From positions 785,369-849,368 of the forward strand of contig NW_004797341.1 in assembly GCF_000002075.1 (NCBI RefSeq): a stretch of DNA of 64,000 nucleotides, written 5' to 3'. Below are positions 62,655 to 64,000 of this stretch, one piece after another. The notes under the pieces are model-generated. The model searched no databases, was not told the origin of the DNA, and saw only the letters and a list, made by a program, of their open reading frames with translations. Position 1 is the stretch's first letter. Every line of letters starts with the position of its first letter. A program made the translations under genes and the position numbers. The DNA comes from Aplysia californica (lineage: Eukaryota).

Positions 62655-64000
62655 GGGCCTTCTCCCCTCCCCCCCCTTCCCAGTCCCCTCGGTCTACTCC
62701 ACCTCCCCCTACCCCTCCAGCAGACAAACCCCTGCCTATGGAGGAAGACAGCTCCGACCCCCCTCCCCGGCCTGACCCGGGGAGGGGCGGAGTCTGTCAC
62801 TCCTCCAAATCCCCCACTAGACCGCCGTCCAATCCAGGACGGCAACCTAGAAAACACTCTGCCTCCCCCGCAAGGAGGAGTCAGAGTGCTTCTTCGAAGC
62901 CGGGGCCTTTGAGCTCCAAACAAAAACCTAAAAAATCATAATGGCGGTCCTGCAATGGAATGCCGGCGGAATCCGACTTTCCATTGCAGAATTGCAACAT
63001 TTACAGGCCACACTGTGCCCACGGGTGCCCTGTATTCAAGAAACAAAATTCGCCCCGGCTTCAACCATAGACTTAAGAGGATTTACTGCGTACCATCACA
63101 TTCACACGGAGAACCAGATTGCTTCCGGTGGTACCACCATCTACACCCCTTGACCTCACTTTTTGTACCCCTGAACTAGTCCCAGATCTTGAGTGGTCTG
63201 TGCTGGATGACCGTACGGACCATTTCCCAATTCTCCTAAAAAACAATAGCCTCCAAAACGACCCGATTCCAGAACGCTTCAACTTCAAAAAAGCCGACTG
63301 GGACGGGTTTGCCAATCAATGTTCCAAGATTCTTAATCCCAATTTCGACCACAACTACAATAAATTTCACGAAAAGCTCTTAGAAATATGCCACAATCAC
63401 ATTCCAAAAACCCCGGAGGAACAAGATCTGGTTCTCTTGGGAATGTGAGGACGCAGTAAAGAAAAAGAAGGCAGCGTATCGAAAAGCCGTCAACAACACC
63501 ACCATAGAAAACAAGATAAGTTATTTAAAGGCTCGAGCTGTGGCACGTAGATGCCTCAGGGAGAGCAAAAGACAATCATTCCAAAAATACATCTCCAAAA
63601 TCAACAGCCAGACACCACTCACCAAGTTTTCCAAATTGCTAAAAAATTCTTAGGTAGACGCACAGACACCATTCGGCACGTCCAGAGGCCGGATGGAACA
63701 ACAGCTGAAACACAAGTAGACATTGCAAACACAATAGCTACATCTCTAGCCAAAAACTCATCCCAAGCAAACTACAACACCACTTTTCAAAACATCAAAA
63801 CTAACAGAGAAAAACAACACCTAAACTTCCACTCAAACAACACTGAAACCTACAACGCAGACTTCACAATAGACGAATTAACATCGTGCATCTCGGACCT
63901 GGGCGATACAGCCCCGGGACCGGATGACATCCACAACAAGATCATTAGACACTTACCCTCAGAAACACTCACACTTCTATTATACATATACAACGACATG
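62655..64000 (+). mobile_element. I-clade (I/Nimb-like) LINE fragment: end of ORF1, deleted APE domain, linker and start of RT region
   Basis: Pro-rich ORF1 end; MAVLQWNAGG..CIQETK..SGG, DLTF..DHFPI, FNFKKADW, TAPGPDDIH; deletion and frameshifts. Confidence 0.88.

Overview
Eukaryotic animal genomic DNA, repeat-rich with spliceosomal introns; probably an invertebrate such as a gastropod mollusc (inferred from repeat style only). There are four genes in two head-to-head pairs. (1) An SRSF1/SRSF9-type SR splicing factor on the minus strand: 4 coding exons, 219 aa, plus two predicted non-coding, GGA-rich 3'UTR exons. (2) A ~1590-aa multi-C2H2 zinc-finger protein on the plus strand (4 coding exons, long low-complexity tail). 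(3) COQ5 on the minus strand (8 exons, 350 aa). (4) The first exon of a probable HEATR6 on the plus strand. Introns and intergenic DNA are filled with nested non-autonomous DNA transposons (9-bp-TSD MULE/foldback-like, hAT-like with 5- or 6-bp TSDs, pogo/Tc1, piggyBac, Harbinger, Merlin-like, Helitron and P-like relics) and retroelement relics (RTE, L2/CR1, I-clade LINE, LTR+PBS, tRNA-SINE). There are two assembly gaps. The strongest leads are a candidate SRSF1 autoregulatory 3'UTR module (GGA arrays, a hairpin, NMD-switch geometry, tandem U1 sites), SRSF1/9-COQ5-HEATR6 linkage resembling the vertebrate paralogons, a promoter-motif-carrying MITE found in first introns, and a candidate poison exon in the zinc-finger gene. 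All splice sites and TE boundaries were read by eye and need RNA-seq or alignment confirmation. No CRISPR array, rRNA or intact tRNA was seen.
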